Made by a program: the position numbers and the translations under genes. Positions 10,387 through 20,357 of a stretch of 64,000 bases of DNA are shown one piece after another. The notes under the pieces are model-generated. The model did no database searches. It saw only the letters and a program-made list of their open reading frames with translations, and was not told the DNA's origin. Origin of the DNA: Candidatus Deferrimicrobiaceae bacterium (GTDB lineage: Bacteria > Desulfobacterota > Deferrimicrobia > Deferrimicrobiales > Deferrimicrobiaceae). The stretch covers positions 576,001-640,000 of the forward strand of contig CAWBVY010000006.1 in assembly GCA_963792415.1 (NCBI GenBank), written 5' to 3'. The first letter of the stretch is position 1, and the number at the start of each line of letters is the position of its first letter.

Positions 10387-11298
10387 TTATCTGGCCGTGG
10401 AAAATATCTGTATCCTGTTATTATCCCTGTCCGCGACGAAGACTTCGCCTTTGTCGTTGACGCACACCTGGCATGGATAGCGGAGTTGCCCCTCTTTCCA
10501 CCCCATGGTCAACTGCTCTCCCTTTAAGGAACCGTCCTGACCGACGATATATATATTGCCGCCGTTTTTATCCGCAAGATAGATGTTCCCGTGCGCATCG
10601 GTGGTGATCGTGGCAGGGAATTTCATCACTTCTTTCATGGATTCCGTCAGAGGGGAAAATTTTCCCGATCCTTTCGCCGCGACATACACCATTGCCTTGA
10701 CGCTGTCGACCAGGAACACATTTTCCTTCCCGTCGACCGCCAGATCGGAAATCACTTCATAACCTGCCGGAAAATCAATGGATTTTAAAAATTTCCCCTC
10801 TGGACTCAGGATCATCACCCTGGCCCCAAAGACGTCGAGAAGGTAAATGGAGTCGTCCTTGCCGATGTCGAAACTTCTAGGGACGACGGTTGAGGGGGGA
10901 GGAGAACCCGCGGGATCCAGCCGCCCCAGGTACTCTCCGGCCGGACTGAATCGAACGATTCGTTTCTGGCGGCCGTCAAGGACAAAGATCTCGCCTTTCG
11001 AATTGGATTGAACCCGCACCGGGAACGACAATTCGGGCGCCCTGATTTCCTTGTCGGGCATCGCATTCCCATTGATCAAGGTAAATTGAACGAGACGCCC
11101 GTTTCCCGAATCCGCCACGAGGATGTGGCCTTTCCCGTCGCAACCTACCCCCTCGGGAGAACGGAATCCCGCTTCCTTGCCGTCGGCATAGACGGACTGG
11201 AAATGCCTCAACTTCAACGCCTCCGCGCCGAAGGACACCTTCGCCAACAACAGCATCGCGACAATGGAGACGATGATTCTCACCAAGGGATTTCCCAT
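10387..11298 (-). CDS. Secreted NHL-repeat beta-propeller (omcS-cluster companion)
   Basis: Signal peptide; repeats such as PEGV...ILVADSGNGRLV and FVADRDNNRIQIF. Confidence 0.88.
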   Translation of the reverse strand: MGNPLVRIIVSIVAMLLLAKVSFGAEALKLRHFQSVYADGKEAGFRSPEGVGCDGKGHILVADSGNGRLVQFTLINGNAMPDKEIRAPELSFPVRVQSNSKGEIFVLDGRQKRIVRFSPAGEYLGRLDPAGSPPPSTVVPRSFDIGKDDSIYLLDVFGARVMILSPEGKFLKSIDFPAGYEVISDLAVDGKENVFLVDSVKAMVYVAAKGSGKFSPLTESMKEVMKFPATITTDAHGNIYLADKNGGNIYIVGQDGSLKGEQLTMGWKEGQLRYPCQVCVNDKGEVFVADRDNNRIQIFSTAR

Positions 11299-11311
11299 CG
11301 AATCACCTCGT

Positions 11312-12568
11312 TTACTGTTTATGACACTGTGTGCACAGGTCCGTGGATGTTGTGAAGGGAACCATCTTCTTGTACGGCGTCCCGTGCGATCGGTGACAAC
11401 TCATGCAATCCACGCTCAAGTTCTTGTTGCGCATATCGCGAACTTTCTCTCCGACGGGGTGCGAAGAATGCTTCCCCCAATTATGGCAACTGCCGCATAG
11501 ATCGTTGACCGAAGGATTCGTCATCAACAGGGGGACATCGGACGCGTGCGGGGAATGGCATGCCGTGCACTCCCCTTTCGCGACGGGCTCATGCTTCGTG
11601 AGGGACGTTGCCTGCCGTTTGATCGTATCGGCGTGACAAGCGCCGCATACGGAAATCATGGGCCCCTTCAGCAGCGCCGCCTCCGAGGACGCATGAGGGG
11701 CATGGCATGCAAGGCAACTGCCCTTGCCGACCAACGCCCAGTGCAACTGGTTCTTCCCGAAGGTTTCGTTGACCATTTTCGAGTGGCATCCCCGGCACAA
11801 TTCATACCCTGTTTTAATGAGCTTGAACGGGGTCGGGGAGGACGGGGATTCATGGCACTGATTGCACATTTTGCTCAGGACAGGACGGTGGACATTCGCG
11901 TACATGATGGCGGCCTTTTCCGACCCGTGGGGGTTGTGGCAGGAAGTACACCGAGCCTTCGCAACCGGGTAACCGCTGTGCTGCCGAATAAACGCGGGTT
12001 TGTCCACCTTGTGGCATTTTGTGCACAATTCGGGCACATCGGTTTTCAGAAGATGCCCGAATTTTTCGGACGCGTGCGGGTCGTGGCAGTTGAGGCACCC
12101 CTTCTCCACGGGCGAGTGTTTGAACTTCGCCTTCGTCACCGCCTGCCCGAGATCCTTGTGACACCCGAAGCAGAGTTCGTTCCCCGCCTTCACGAGGTTC
12201 CCCTTGTTGCCCGCCGCGTGGGGATCGTGGCAACTTGTGCATTTGCCATCGACGACGACCTTGTGCGTGCTCTTCGCTTTTTTCCGCGCAATCCCCTCAT
12301 GGCAGCGGAGGCAGATCCTGGAGGGATCGGCCTCCAGCAATTTTCCGTGGGAGGAAGTGTGGGGATTGTGGCAGCCGGAACAGTCTCCCTTTTTTACAGG
12401 CGTATGAAGGAACGGTCGCTTGAGCTTGTCCTGGAAGTCCACGTGGCAGTTCACGCAGATCTTCCCTTTCGCCCCGGGTTTGAGACGGTAGACGTCGGCC
12501 GGGAACGCCGTGGCGGCGGAAAAAAGGACAAGGAGAAAAAATATCCCAAGAGATACCCTGTACCGCAT
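11312..12568 (-). CDS. 16-heme periplasmic cytochrome c (paired CxxCH type)
   Basis: 16 CxxCH counted; signal peptide from MRYRVSLG at 12568. Confidence 0.93.
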   Translation of the reverse strand: MRYRVSLGIFFLLVLFSAATAFPADVYRLKPGAKGKICVNCHVDFQDKLKRPFLHTPVKKGDCSGCHNPHTSSHGKLLEADPSRICLRCHEGIARKKAKSTHKVVVDGKCTSCHDPHAAGNKGNLVKAGNELCFGCHKDLGQAVTKAKFKHSPVEKGCLNCHDPHASEKFGHLLKTDVPELCTKCHKVDKPAFIRQHSGYPVAKARCTSCHNPHGSEKAAIMYANVHRPVLSKMCNQCHESPSSPTPFKLIKTGYELCRGCHSKMVNETFGKNQLHWALVGKGSCLACHAPHASSEAALLKGPMISVCGACHADTIKRQATSLTKHEPVAKGECTACHSPHASDVPLLMTNPSVNDLCGSCHNWGKHSSHPVGEKVRDMRNKNLSVDCMSCHRSHGTPYKKMVPFTTSTDLCTQCHKQ

Positions 12569-12585
12569 GGTCGCAGCCTCTCCCT

Positions 12586-14559
12586 TCACTGTTTTTCCCC
12601 GGCGACATGACACTCCCCGCAGGAGCGTGACGCAAACGGCGGGTGCGTGACCTCTTTGAAGAACTTCGGGTCCGTCGATGCATGAGGGGTATGGCAGCTC
12701 ACGCAGTGCATGGCGCTTGCCTCGATGGAGAAGTGGGCTTTCCGGAACGGCCCCCCTTTGAGATCGTGGCACTCCCCGCACAGTGTGAGGACAGGTGTCG
12801 TGAGCAGGGGGGATTCCGGGGAAACGTGGGGCTTGTGGCACCGCAGGCAATCCCTGCGCGCCGGCGAATGCACCTTCTCCCGGTCGAACCTCGCCTTCAG
12901 ATCCTTGTGACAGGTCAGGCACATGTCCGGGCTGCTTGCCAGCAGGAGCTTCTCAAGTTTCGCCTTGTGCGGGCTGTGGCACTTCGTGCACTCCCCTTTC
13001 AGAACCGGAGCGTGCCTGCTCTTGCCCTCCTTGATCCCTTTTTCCAGTTCGGAATGACACTCGGCACAAACCTTGTCCTGCGATTTGACGATCATCCCGG
13101 CGACATTGCTCCCGTGGGCGTCGTGGCAGGCAAGGCACTCCCCTCCCGCAAAGGGGTCGTGGCTCGACCCGCCCTCCGCCTTCTTCATCAGGTCGCCGTG
13201 GCAGTTGGAACAGAGTGCCGGAGGGACCGCTTTCAGGAGATTCTTCTCCTCGGACCCGTGGACGTTATGGCAGGCGTTGCACTGCGCATTGGCGACCGGC
13301 TTGTGCGTGTTCGCCTTGACGAATTTCCCCTCCGCTTCCGCGTGACAGGAGTAGCAGACCTCGTCCATCCGGGCCCGGAACATCCCCTCGAAATTCGAAC
13401 CGTGGGGATTGTGGCAGGACGTGCAGGAATCTTCCATGAAGGGGTCGTGTCGGACCTTCGCGGTCTTGGCCGCCTTTGCCTTCGCGTGGCAGGAATAGCA
13501 GAGGTCCCCTTCCTTCGACAACAGGAGCTTCGGGTTTTTTGCAGCATGGGGACGATGACAGGAGAGGCATCCCTTCCCCCCGGTGGCGGCTGCGTGGGGT
13601 TTTGCCACCTTCTCCCCTTTTCCCTTGTGGCATCCGATGCAGAGCTGGTTCCCCTCCCCGGAAAGGAGGGCCGGATTCTCCGAACCGTGGGGATTGTGGC
13701 AGGAAAGACACGCCCCCTTCCTGAAGGGCTCGTGCTCCACCCCGCCCGCCTTCAGTCCCTTCTCGTCATGGCACTGGTAGCAGAGAGTGCTCCCCTTCTC
13801 CGTGGTTCCGAACGGCTTCGGAGAGGCGGCCGGGTTGTGGCAATCGCCGCAGCCTGCGTCGGCGACGGGTTTATGGGAACTCGTTTTCAGTAGTTTCGGT
13901 TGCGCAGAAGCATGGGGGTTGTGGCACAGGGAGCACGAGGACGTTTCCACAGGATAGCCGCCGTGCGCCTTCTTGAACGCCCCTTTCCCCGGATCGTGAC
14001 AGGAGATACAGAGAGGGATTGCCGCCTTGACCAGCAGGTTCTTTTCGTCGGAAGCGTGGGAGAGGTGGCATGCCTTGCATCCGCCCGTGGTCAAGACTTT
14101 GTGGACGGTTTTCTTTTCGTAGCTTTCCTTATTGTGGCACTGGTAGCAGAGTTCGGGACCTTCCCCCTTCAGGAGGTGGCTTGCCTGGGAGGCATGCGGG
14201 TTATGGCACGTGGTGCATTTCCCCTGCGTCAATACGGTGTGAACGTTGGCCTTGTTCACCCCGATTTTCTCCTTGCTGTGACAGGCGTAGCAGACCTCGT
14301 TGCCGTCTTTCTTGAGGAGCAGCCTCGGAACGACCCCGTGGCGGATATGGCACTCCTCGCATTTCTTCTCCTTGGTCACGGTGTGCACGTATTTCATCGG
14401 GAAATATTGATCGGCGAATTTCTTATGGCAGTCGAGACACTCCTTCTTCGTGAAGGACTGCCTCACGACCGTGGGCCCGCAGGCCAGGAAGAGCGCCCCG
14501 CACAGAAGGAATGCCGCCGCGATGAGAAAGGCCTTTTCCTTTGCGCACACCGTTTTCAT
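12586..14559 (-). CDS. 26-heme cytochrome c lipoprotein
   Basis: 26 CxxCH counted; lipobox FLAC. Confidence 0.93.
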   Translation of the reverse strand: MKTVCAKEKAFLIAAAFLLCGALFLACGPTVVRQSFTKKECLDCHKKFADQYFPMKYVHTVTKEKKCEECHIRHGVVPRLLLKKDGNEVCYACHSKEKIGVNKANVHTVLTQGKCTTCHNPHASQASHLLKGEGPELCYQCHNKESYEKKTVHKVLTTGGCKACHLSHASDEKNLLVKAAIPLCISCHDPGKGAFKKAHGGYPVETSSCSLCHNPHASAQPKLLKTSSHKPVADAGCGDCHNPAASPKPFGTTEKGSTLCYQCHDEKGLKAGGVEHEPFRKGACLSCHNPHGSENPALLSGEGNQLCIGCHKGKGEKVAKPHAAATGGKGCLSCHRPHAAKNPKLLLSKEGDLCYSCHAKAKAAKTAKVRHDPFMEDSCTSCHNPHGSNFEGMFRARMDEVCYSCHAEAEGKFVKANTHKPVANAQCNACHNVHGSEEKNLLKAVPPALCSNCHGDLMKKAEGGSSHDPFAGGECLACHDAHGSNVAGMIVKSQDKVCAECHSELEKGIKEGKSRHAPVLKGECTKCHSPHKAKLEKLLLASSPDMCLTCHKDLKARFDREKVHSPARRDCLRCHKPHVSPESPLLTTPVLTLCGECHDLKGGPFRKAHFSIEASAMHCVSCHTPHASTDPKFFKEVTHPPFASRSCGECHVAGEKQ

Positions 14560-14625
14560 GTCTGCTCCCGCCAGGAGATATCGAGGGTGATGACGGCAAG
14601 TTCGGACAATATCGATAACGCATAC

Positions 14626-14654
14626 CGTATACTAGTTTCGGGTTCCGGGGTCAA
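14626..14654 (-). promoter_or_regulatory. Possible internal sigma70 promoter for the 26- and 16-heme genes
   Basis: Minus strand TTGACC-17 nt-TATACG in a 120-bp intergenic gap. Confidence 0.4.
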
Positions 14655-14679
14655 TTTCAAAATGCGAGGCATCGGCAGT

Positions 14680-16341
14680 CTATGACCCCGGTGATTTCAG
14701 GAAGATCTTGACAGGATACGTCTCCCTGAGCTTCGCGGCGTACTCCTCCACCTCCCGCTTCGTTTTCTCACCGGCGACCTTCCCCGCGATCTCCTCCCTT
14801 ACCTTCTCATAGGGCTGCGGCTTCGGTGAGAAGACCTCCCGCAAGGACAGGGCATAGAAGTAACCCTCCGGGCTTTCATAGAGCCTGAACTCCCCCGGCT
14901 TCGCCCCGGAAACGACCTTCTGGAGATCCCCCGGCAAGGCGTCCACAGCCACGAGGTTTCCTTCAAACTTCAACAGTTTCTCCTCTTTGTCCGCCACAAG
15001 TCCTTCCGCGTTCGCGCCGAGCCAGGAAAAGTCCGTGCCCCCACGGAGTTTTCGAATCGCCTCTTCCGCAAGGTCTTTCCTTGAAAAAACGAGACTGTTG
15101 ATCCTCATCATCTCGGGGGAGGAGAATTCCGCGATATGCTTTTCGTAATAAGACGTTAAATCCCCTTCCTCCAGTCGGATCCCCGGGCGGATGACCTTCT
15201 GTAGGAATACCCCGAAAAGGACCGAGTTCCGGTACTCCCCGACCATCTCCTTGTACGCCTCGGACTTGTCGATCCCTTGCCGAAGCGCCTCCGCGCGGAC
15301 GGCGCGCCTGTCGAGGATCGGATCGAGAACATCGAACTTTCTGTTGTTGATCCGTTTTTTCGCCGCGGCCATTTCCGTCCCGTGGAAATATTTCTTCCGG
15401 ATCGCCTCGCTCAACTCCCCCACGGTAACCGGTTCGCCCCCCTTGATCTCGGCGACCACGCGCCGGTCGTTCAGCAGCGCCTCGAACCCGGGGGTTTCCG
15501 CCTCGTAATCCAGACCGTCAAGGACCTCTTGGTTCACGTTCACATATTCCTTCCTCAAGTCGGCAATGAACTGGAATTTTACTTCGGTCTCCCTGGATTT
15601 CAAGGCGGTAACCTGTGCCCGCTCCCTCGCGCCCGCATCTTCCGGGAAACGGATTTCCTCCAGTTTCAGGATGACGAATCCCGGCTTACTCCTGATGATG
15701 GGGCTCATGGCGCCGACTTCCATTCGCGATACCGCTTTCCTTATCTCCGGAAGGAGTTGTTCCTGTTTCAGATACTCTCCTTCCCCTGCCCCCTTCGCGA
15801 TCCCTTCCGCGGTCGCTCTCTTCACGATCACATTGAAGTCCTGTCCCGACTTGATCTCCGCCTCGATCCGTTTCGCATCCTCCTCTTTTCCGAACACCAG
15901 AGACAGCAACTTGTATTCCTTCACGGACTCCTTGTAAATCCTGTCCGCTTCGTTTTCATCCGCGCGGACCCCCTTTGTCTGCTGCATCAGCAACACCGCC
16001 ATCAGAGCGCCGCGGGAGTAACTGTCCACACTTTCCTTGACCTCCGGCAATTCGTCGAGTCCGATATTTCTGGCCTCCAGGAGGATAAGCCGGATGTTGA
16101 TCAAACGATTCAGGATCTCCGTATAATCCACTTTTCCGACCCGTTTACCCGCGGCCATCTCGGCATGCCCCATCCCGAGCGCCTGGTTCAACTCCTCCAC
16201 CGTGATCGGGTCCCCGTTGACCGTGGCGACGGCCTCTTTCCCGCCGATCCGGGGGAGCGGCGGTTCCCCGGCGAACCCGGTAGCCGCCATCAGGAGAAAT
16301 GTCGCGATTAGAATGTTGATCGTCTTGAATACCCGTCTCAT
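14680..16341 (-). CDS. SurA/PpiC-type periplasmic chaperone (OscH-like)
   Basis: Signal peptide, VATVNGDPITVEEL, two degenerate rotamase-like halves; start MRRVF at 16341. Confidence 0.8.
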   Translation of the reverse strand: MRRVFKTINILIATFLLMAATGFAGEPPLPRIGGKEAVATVNGDPITVEELNQALGMGHAEMAAGKRVGKVDYTEILNRLINIRLILLEARNIGLDELPEVKESVDSYSRGALMAVLLMQQTKGVRADENEADRIYKESVKEYKLLSLVFGKEEDAKRIEAEIKSGQDFNVIVKRATAEGIAKGAGEGEYLKQEQLLPEIRKAVSRMEVGAMSPIIRSKPGFVILKLEEIRFPEDAGARERAQVTALKSRETEVKFQFIADLRKEYVNVNQEVLDGLDYEAETPGFEALLNDRRVVAEIKGGEPVTVGELSEAIRKKYFHGTEMAAAKKRINNRKFDVLDPILDRRAVRAEALRQGIDKSEAYKEMVGEYRNSVLFGVFLQKVIRPGIRLEEGDLTSYYEKHIAEFSSPEMMRINSLVFSRKDLAEEAIRKLRGGTDFSWLGANAEGLVADKEEKLLKFEGNLVAVDALPGDLQKVVSGAKPGEFRLYESPEGYFYALSLREVFSPKPQPYEKVREEIAGKVAGEKTKREVEEYAAKLRETYPVKIFLKSPGS

Positions 16342-16379
16342 GCCCTTCCTTTCTTTACCCGGAAATTGGAATCCCGTTC

Positions 16380-17528
16380 TCACTTCCACATCATTCCTCT
16401 CACGATCCGCGACATCTCGGAGGCCATCGCATTTGCCGTACGCTCCCTGCCCATGTCGAAGAACCAGACGCCGTCCGTCCCCCGGTTGTAACTCTTGGAG
16501 GACCACCCCACCTCCCGCCCCTTTCTCTCCATCACCTCCAGGGAGAAATCGACGACGGGAGCGCCGTCGGCGCCCTGATAATCCTGGTAATCCATCACCT
16601 TTCCCGTGACAAGCAGGTCCGCGTTCAACGCGTTCCAGGCAATGTCGGCCTGCGCAAGGGAGATGCCGTCCTCCATGATGATCCGAAGGGCCAGAAGCTC
16701 CTTCCGCACGACCCCGGGCTCGATGACCTCGATGTTCCCCACCTTCGTCATCTCCCGAACAAGGTGCAGCTGCATGATCTCCCCCGCATACTTCCTGAGG
16801 CTCTCATTGAAGAAGGGGATGACCGCCACGGTATGCCGGGCCCGGGGGTCGAATGCTGGAGAGCGGTAGATTATTTTCGGGCGGAACTTCTTCCTCTTCT
16901 CCTCCGCGGAATCCCTGCCCCCCTTTTCCGACAGGCTTCCCGCAAGGGAGACCGAAAGGGAGCGCAGCGCCTTGTCCCGGAGGACGACGGGATTCTCGAT
17001 CAGGCCGAGATCCAGGATCCCCGGAGCGTCGTCCCCCGCGAGCCCCACGCTGTCCATCCACAAAATGACCGGGGACTCCTCTGTCGAAACCAACCGTGAG
17101 GTCAAGGCGATCTTGGGTGGAATCGTGTCATTGTAGAGCTCCAGCGAGGTGATGAGGACGGATGCGGACCCCGTCTCTTCTCTGATGGCCTTGGCCGTGG
17201 CCCCGTCGATCCCGCCGATGTACCGTAAACGGCGCCTTGCCATGAATTTCTCGAGGAGTTCCTCTTCAAGGACGTTGAAGCCCCGCGCCTGCAGACCCTC
17301 GATCAACGCCTTACGGATATCCCTCAGGGGGGCGGCGGATCCGCTCAGGTTTTCCACCGGCAGTATGGCGATCGGATGGGTATAAATCGATTTGTTGGAA
17401 ATATTCTGCGGGAGCGTTGACGGCGCCTCCGACACTCCTTTCCTGGTCGCGGAGCACCCCGAAAGGAAAACCAGGCCAGTCACCAATATGAGGATCGTCC
17501 TATTTGTAAAGCTTGTTGATGAGGTCAA
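16380..17528 (-). CDS. Lipoprotein with two tandem CsgG/PelC/DUF799-like domains (OscG-like)
   Basis: Lipobox LSGC; IAILPVENLS and VAVIPFFNES repeats; start uncertain. Confidence 0.7.
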   Translation of the reverse strand: MTSSTSFTNRTILILVTGLVFLSGCSATRKGVSEAPSTLPQNISNKSIYTHPIAILPVENLSGSAAPLRDIRKALIEGLQARGFNVLEEELLEKFMARRRLRYIGGIDGATAKAIREETGSASVLITSLELYNDTIPPKIALTSRLVSTEESPVILWMDSVGLAGDDAPGILDLGLIENPVVLRDKALRSLSVSLAGSLSEKGGRDSAEEKRKKFRPKIIYRSPAFDPRARHTVAVIPFFNESLRKYAGEIMQLHLVREMTKVGNIEVIEPGVVRKELLALRIIMEDGISLAQADIAWNALNADLLVTGKVMDYQDYQGADGAPVVDFSLEVMERKGREVGWSSKSYNRGTDGVWFFDMGRERTANAMASEMSRIVRGMMWK

Positions 17529-18084
17529 CGACCGCCTCTTCCGTGACGATGTTCATCGGTCTGCCACCCCCTCCGAACAGCCGGTCCGTCGTGCTGACCC
17601 CGCCTTTTGTCGAGGATGCCGACCAGACGACCTTTCCGGTCTTGACCTCGAACATCATCATGCTAAAGGATACCAGGTTCGCAGACACCGAGCCGGACCG
17701 GACCTCTCCGTACTCCTTGACCACACCGGCCATCACCGCATCCACGCCGAGAACGCCTCCCAGTCTCTTGATCTCCTCCTCGGAAGGAGCCGACCGGTCG
17801 ATGGGCTGCGCCCTGGAAATCCCCCGCGCGACCTCTCCGGTGGGGAGGAGATAGAGGCCTCCCGTAGCCATGAGCATGTTCATATATACATCCCGCACCC
17901 GGTCCGCCGCTTTCTCGTCCCTGGTCAGATTCGCGAACGGAAGCACCGCGACTTTCCGGATGGATCCGAAATCCATGTTCGGATCACGGTACGTGTTCGG
18001 ATCACGGTGCCTGGCCGGACCGGTACCGGCACAGGCGCCGACACAGAGAAGGATAAGAACGGCAAGGATGTTTTTCGTGGTCAC
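17500..18084 (-). CDS. CsgG/PelC/DUF799-like lipoprotein (OscF-like)
   Basis: GTG start 18084; VGAC lipobox; VAVLPFANLT...LGVDAV...TGKVVWSAS. Confidence 0.75.
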   Translation of the reverse strand: MTTKNILAVLILLCVGACAGTGPARHRDPNTYRDPNMDFGSIRKVAVLPFANLTRDEKAADRVRDVYMNMLMATGGLYLLPTGEVARGISRAQPIDRSAPSEEEIKRLGGVLGVDAVMAGVVKEYGEVRSGSVSANLVSFSMMMFEVKTGKVVWSASSTKGGVSTTDRLFGGGGRPMNIVTEEAVVDLINKLYK

Positions 18085-18151
18085 CGCGTCTCTCCTGTTT
18101 TCGAGATCAATCCTTTTCCCCCGTATTCTATACTTTCCTCCGCGCGTCTTC

Positions 18152-20350
18152 TCAGAAGTACGCCCGCATCCTCGTGGAGAAGATCTTATCGTCCGATTCC
18201 CCGGTCCTGGACTCATCCTTTACGACCTGGTACGACATGTCGAGAGAGATCCGGTTGGTGACGTTCCATCGCAAACTGGGGCGGATGGTCTGGACCTTCG
18301 CGTTGTCCCTCGTCGACAGGTCCTGATTGAAGGCGAAGTTGAACAGGAGGGCCCCGGACGGAAAGGGGGACCAGTTGAGGGAGTAATTTTGCGTGTTTTC
18401 AATAATGCCTGGTCGTTCGATCCGGCTGAAGGCGGCGAGCAGGTAAAGAGTGTCGAAGGGCCTGTAGGAGATGCTGGCGTCCCCCCTCCGGTCCACGATG
18501 GCCTCGTCCGGCCTTTCCCCGCCGGACCGGTCCGTCCACGTTCCGTTGAAGTTCAGCGTCACGGTCAGGGTCCGGTTCGGCACGAAAGAGGCGCCGAAAA
18601 GCAGGTTCTCGATCTCCTGCCTTTCGCCCGTGTCCGATTTCTCCCTGGTGACCCCCCCGTTGAGGAAAACATCGATACCCTTGTAGAGTTGGGCCGAGTT
18701 CTGCAATATCAGGGTATACACGTCCCGCAACTCCTCGACCAGTTGCTCGTTCCGCCCGCTGAACAGGAGGACGTGGCGCAACGTCTTCAGCGGTACGGCC
18801 TGCAATGAGGCGGTGTAGGCATAAGCGGACTCTTTCAGGCCATCAACCGTACGGTTATCCTCCCTCGTGACCCTCCCGTTGGCGGAAAATATCCTGGAAA
18901 AGACGTGCGAGGCCGAAAGGCCGTTGATCATGCTGCTCTGCGTACGGGACGGAGGGCTCACATTCACGGTGTTGTAAGAGAAATCGTAGTAAAGGGAGGG
19001 GCGGTCCAGCAGCCTCGTCCGGAAATCGACGGACCCGGTCTGCGTGGTCCGGGTGATTTCCCCCTTCACCTCGTCCGCGGGCCTGGTAAGGAAAGCCTGG
19101 ATCTCCGTCACGAAGATCTCCGGAAATTCCGACGCTCCTGGCACGATGGCCGTGAGCGGCCGGGTCACCACCTTGATGTATCGCGACGTCACGTTCGGGA
19201 GGCGGATCTCGAAACGGTTCTGGAAAGGGCCGAACGGGGCAGTGGCAACGGCCGTCACCAGGTTCCAGACCTTGTTGTCCGGGCTGGTGTAAACCACCCA
19301 GGAAAAGGCGTTTGCGATTTCCGGAAGGAGTTCCCTGTCGACCCAGACGTAGAGGGTGGTCATCTCCTGCGGGATCAGAAAATCGAGCCCCATGTTCCTC
19401 GGCCGGGTGTCTCCGCCCAGCGGGGGGAGCCCCAGGTTCAGGCCGGCGCTTGCGGCCAGGTTTCCGTCGATCAGGGCGGGGTTCGGATCAAGTTCTCCGT
19501 CTGCCGGGCTGTCGTCCAGGGCGGAGAGCCCGGAAAGGGGAATCAGCGGAAAACTCACCTCGCCCCCACCGCTGGTGATGACTTCCGTCTCCGAGCGGGT
19601 CGCCTCGTAGTTTGCGGACAGGGTGGTCCGCCCCTGGAAAAAGGAACCCGAATATCTCGCCCGTCCGTTGTGAGTCCGATTTTTCAGCTCGAGGTCGTCG
19701 ATCCTGTTCACCTCGTCCCTGTAGGAAGGCTGATACCGGAGGTCCAACCCCTTGTAGGCATAATGTACTGCCAATATCGCCTGTTCCGTGCTGGTGTCCT
19801 GATGGACCCGCTCCTTGTCGAACGTGTCGGATTTTTCCAGCCGCAGGTTCCAGTCGGGAAACCCTTCCGGCAACCATCCCAGGACCGCGTATTGCCGCTC
19901 GTTCACATCCGTGGTGGAAGGAGCGCCGGAGCTCTTCAGCTCGTTCTCCCTTCTGCTGTACCCCACCCCCGCCTTGTAGAGGGGGGTTGTCAGCCTCAGG
20001 TCGAAGGAGGGCTGGATAATGGTGTTTGTCGACGTGGTTTGCACGCCGCCCGAATCCGAATCCGTCATCAGTTTCTCGAAGACGCCGCCGGCGATCAGGT
20101 TTAGGTTGGGATAGAACGATTTGTTCAATCCAAGACGGTACTGCTGGAAGAAACCGCTCGTTTGGGTGTTCGTCTCCGCCCCGGAGATGTCCTTGGTTTT
20201 TACGTCGCTACTGGCGTAACCGATATCCAGCAGCCCTGTCAGGCTGTCGGCGGAGGCCACTTCCGTCGTGAACGGGACGGGGCTGAATCCCGCGATCAGG
20301 AAGAAAGCCAGGAGCCGGAAACGGAAGGCTCTCTTCGCCTTGATTTTCAA
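18152..20350 (-). CDS. Outer-membrane beta-barrel with an inserted soluble domain (OscE-like)
   Basis: Signal peptide, amphipathic strands, C-terminal Phe (MRAYF). Confidence 0.8.
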   Translation of the reverse strand: MKIKAKRAFRFRLLAFFLIAGFSPVPFTTEVASADSLTGLLDIGYASSDVKTKDISGAETNTQTSGFFQQYRLGLNKSFYPNLNLIAGGVFEKLMTDSDSGGVQTTSTNTIIQPSFDLRLTTPLYKAGVGYSRRENELKSSGAPSTTDVNERQYAVLGWLPEGFPDWNLRLEKSDTFDKERVHQDTSTEQAILAVHYAYKGLDLRYQPSYRDEVNRIDDLELKNRTHNGRARYSGSFFQGRTTLSANYEATRSETEVITSGGGEVSFPLIPLSGLSALDDSPADGELDPNPALIDGNLAASAGLNLGLPPLGGDTRPRNMGLDFLIPQEMTTLYVWVDRELLPEIANAFSWVVYTSPDNKVWNLVTAVATAPFGPFQNRFEIRLPNVTSRYIKVVTRPLTAIVPGASEFPEIFVTEIQAFLTRPADEVKGEITRTTQTGSVDFRTRLLDRPSLYYDFSYNTVNVSPPSRTQSSMINGLSASHVFSRIFSANGRVTREDNRTVDGLKESAYAYTASLQAVPLKTLRHVLLFSGRNEQLVEELRDVYTLILQNSAQLYKGIDVFLNGGVTREKSDTGERQEIENLLFGASFVPNRTLTVTLNFNGTWTDRSGGERPDEAIVDRRGDASISYRPFDTLYLLAAFSRIERPGIIENTQNYSLNWSPFPSGALLFNFAFNQDLSTRDNAKVQTIRPSLRWNVTNRISLDMSYQVVKDESRTGESDDKIFSTRMRAYF

Positions 20351-20357
20351 CGGATTA

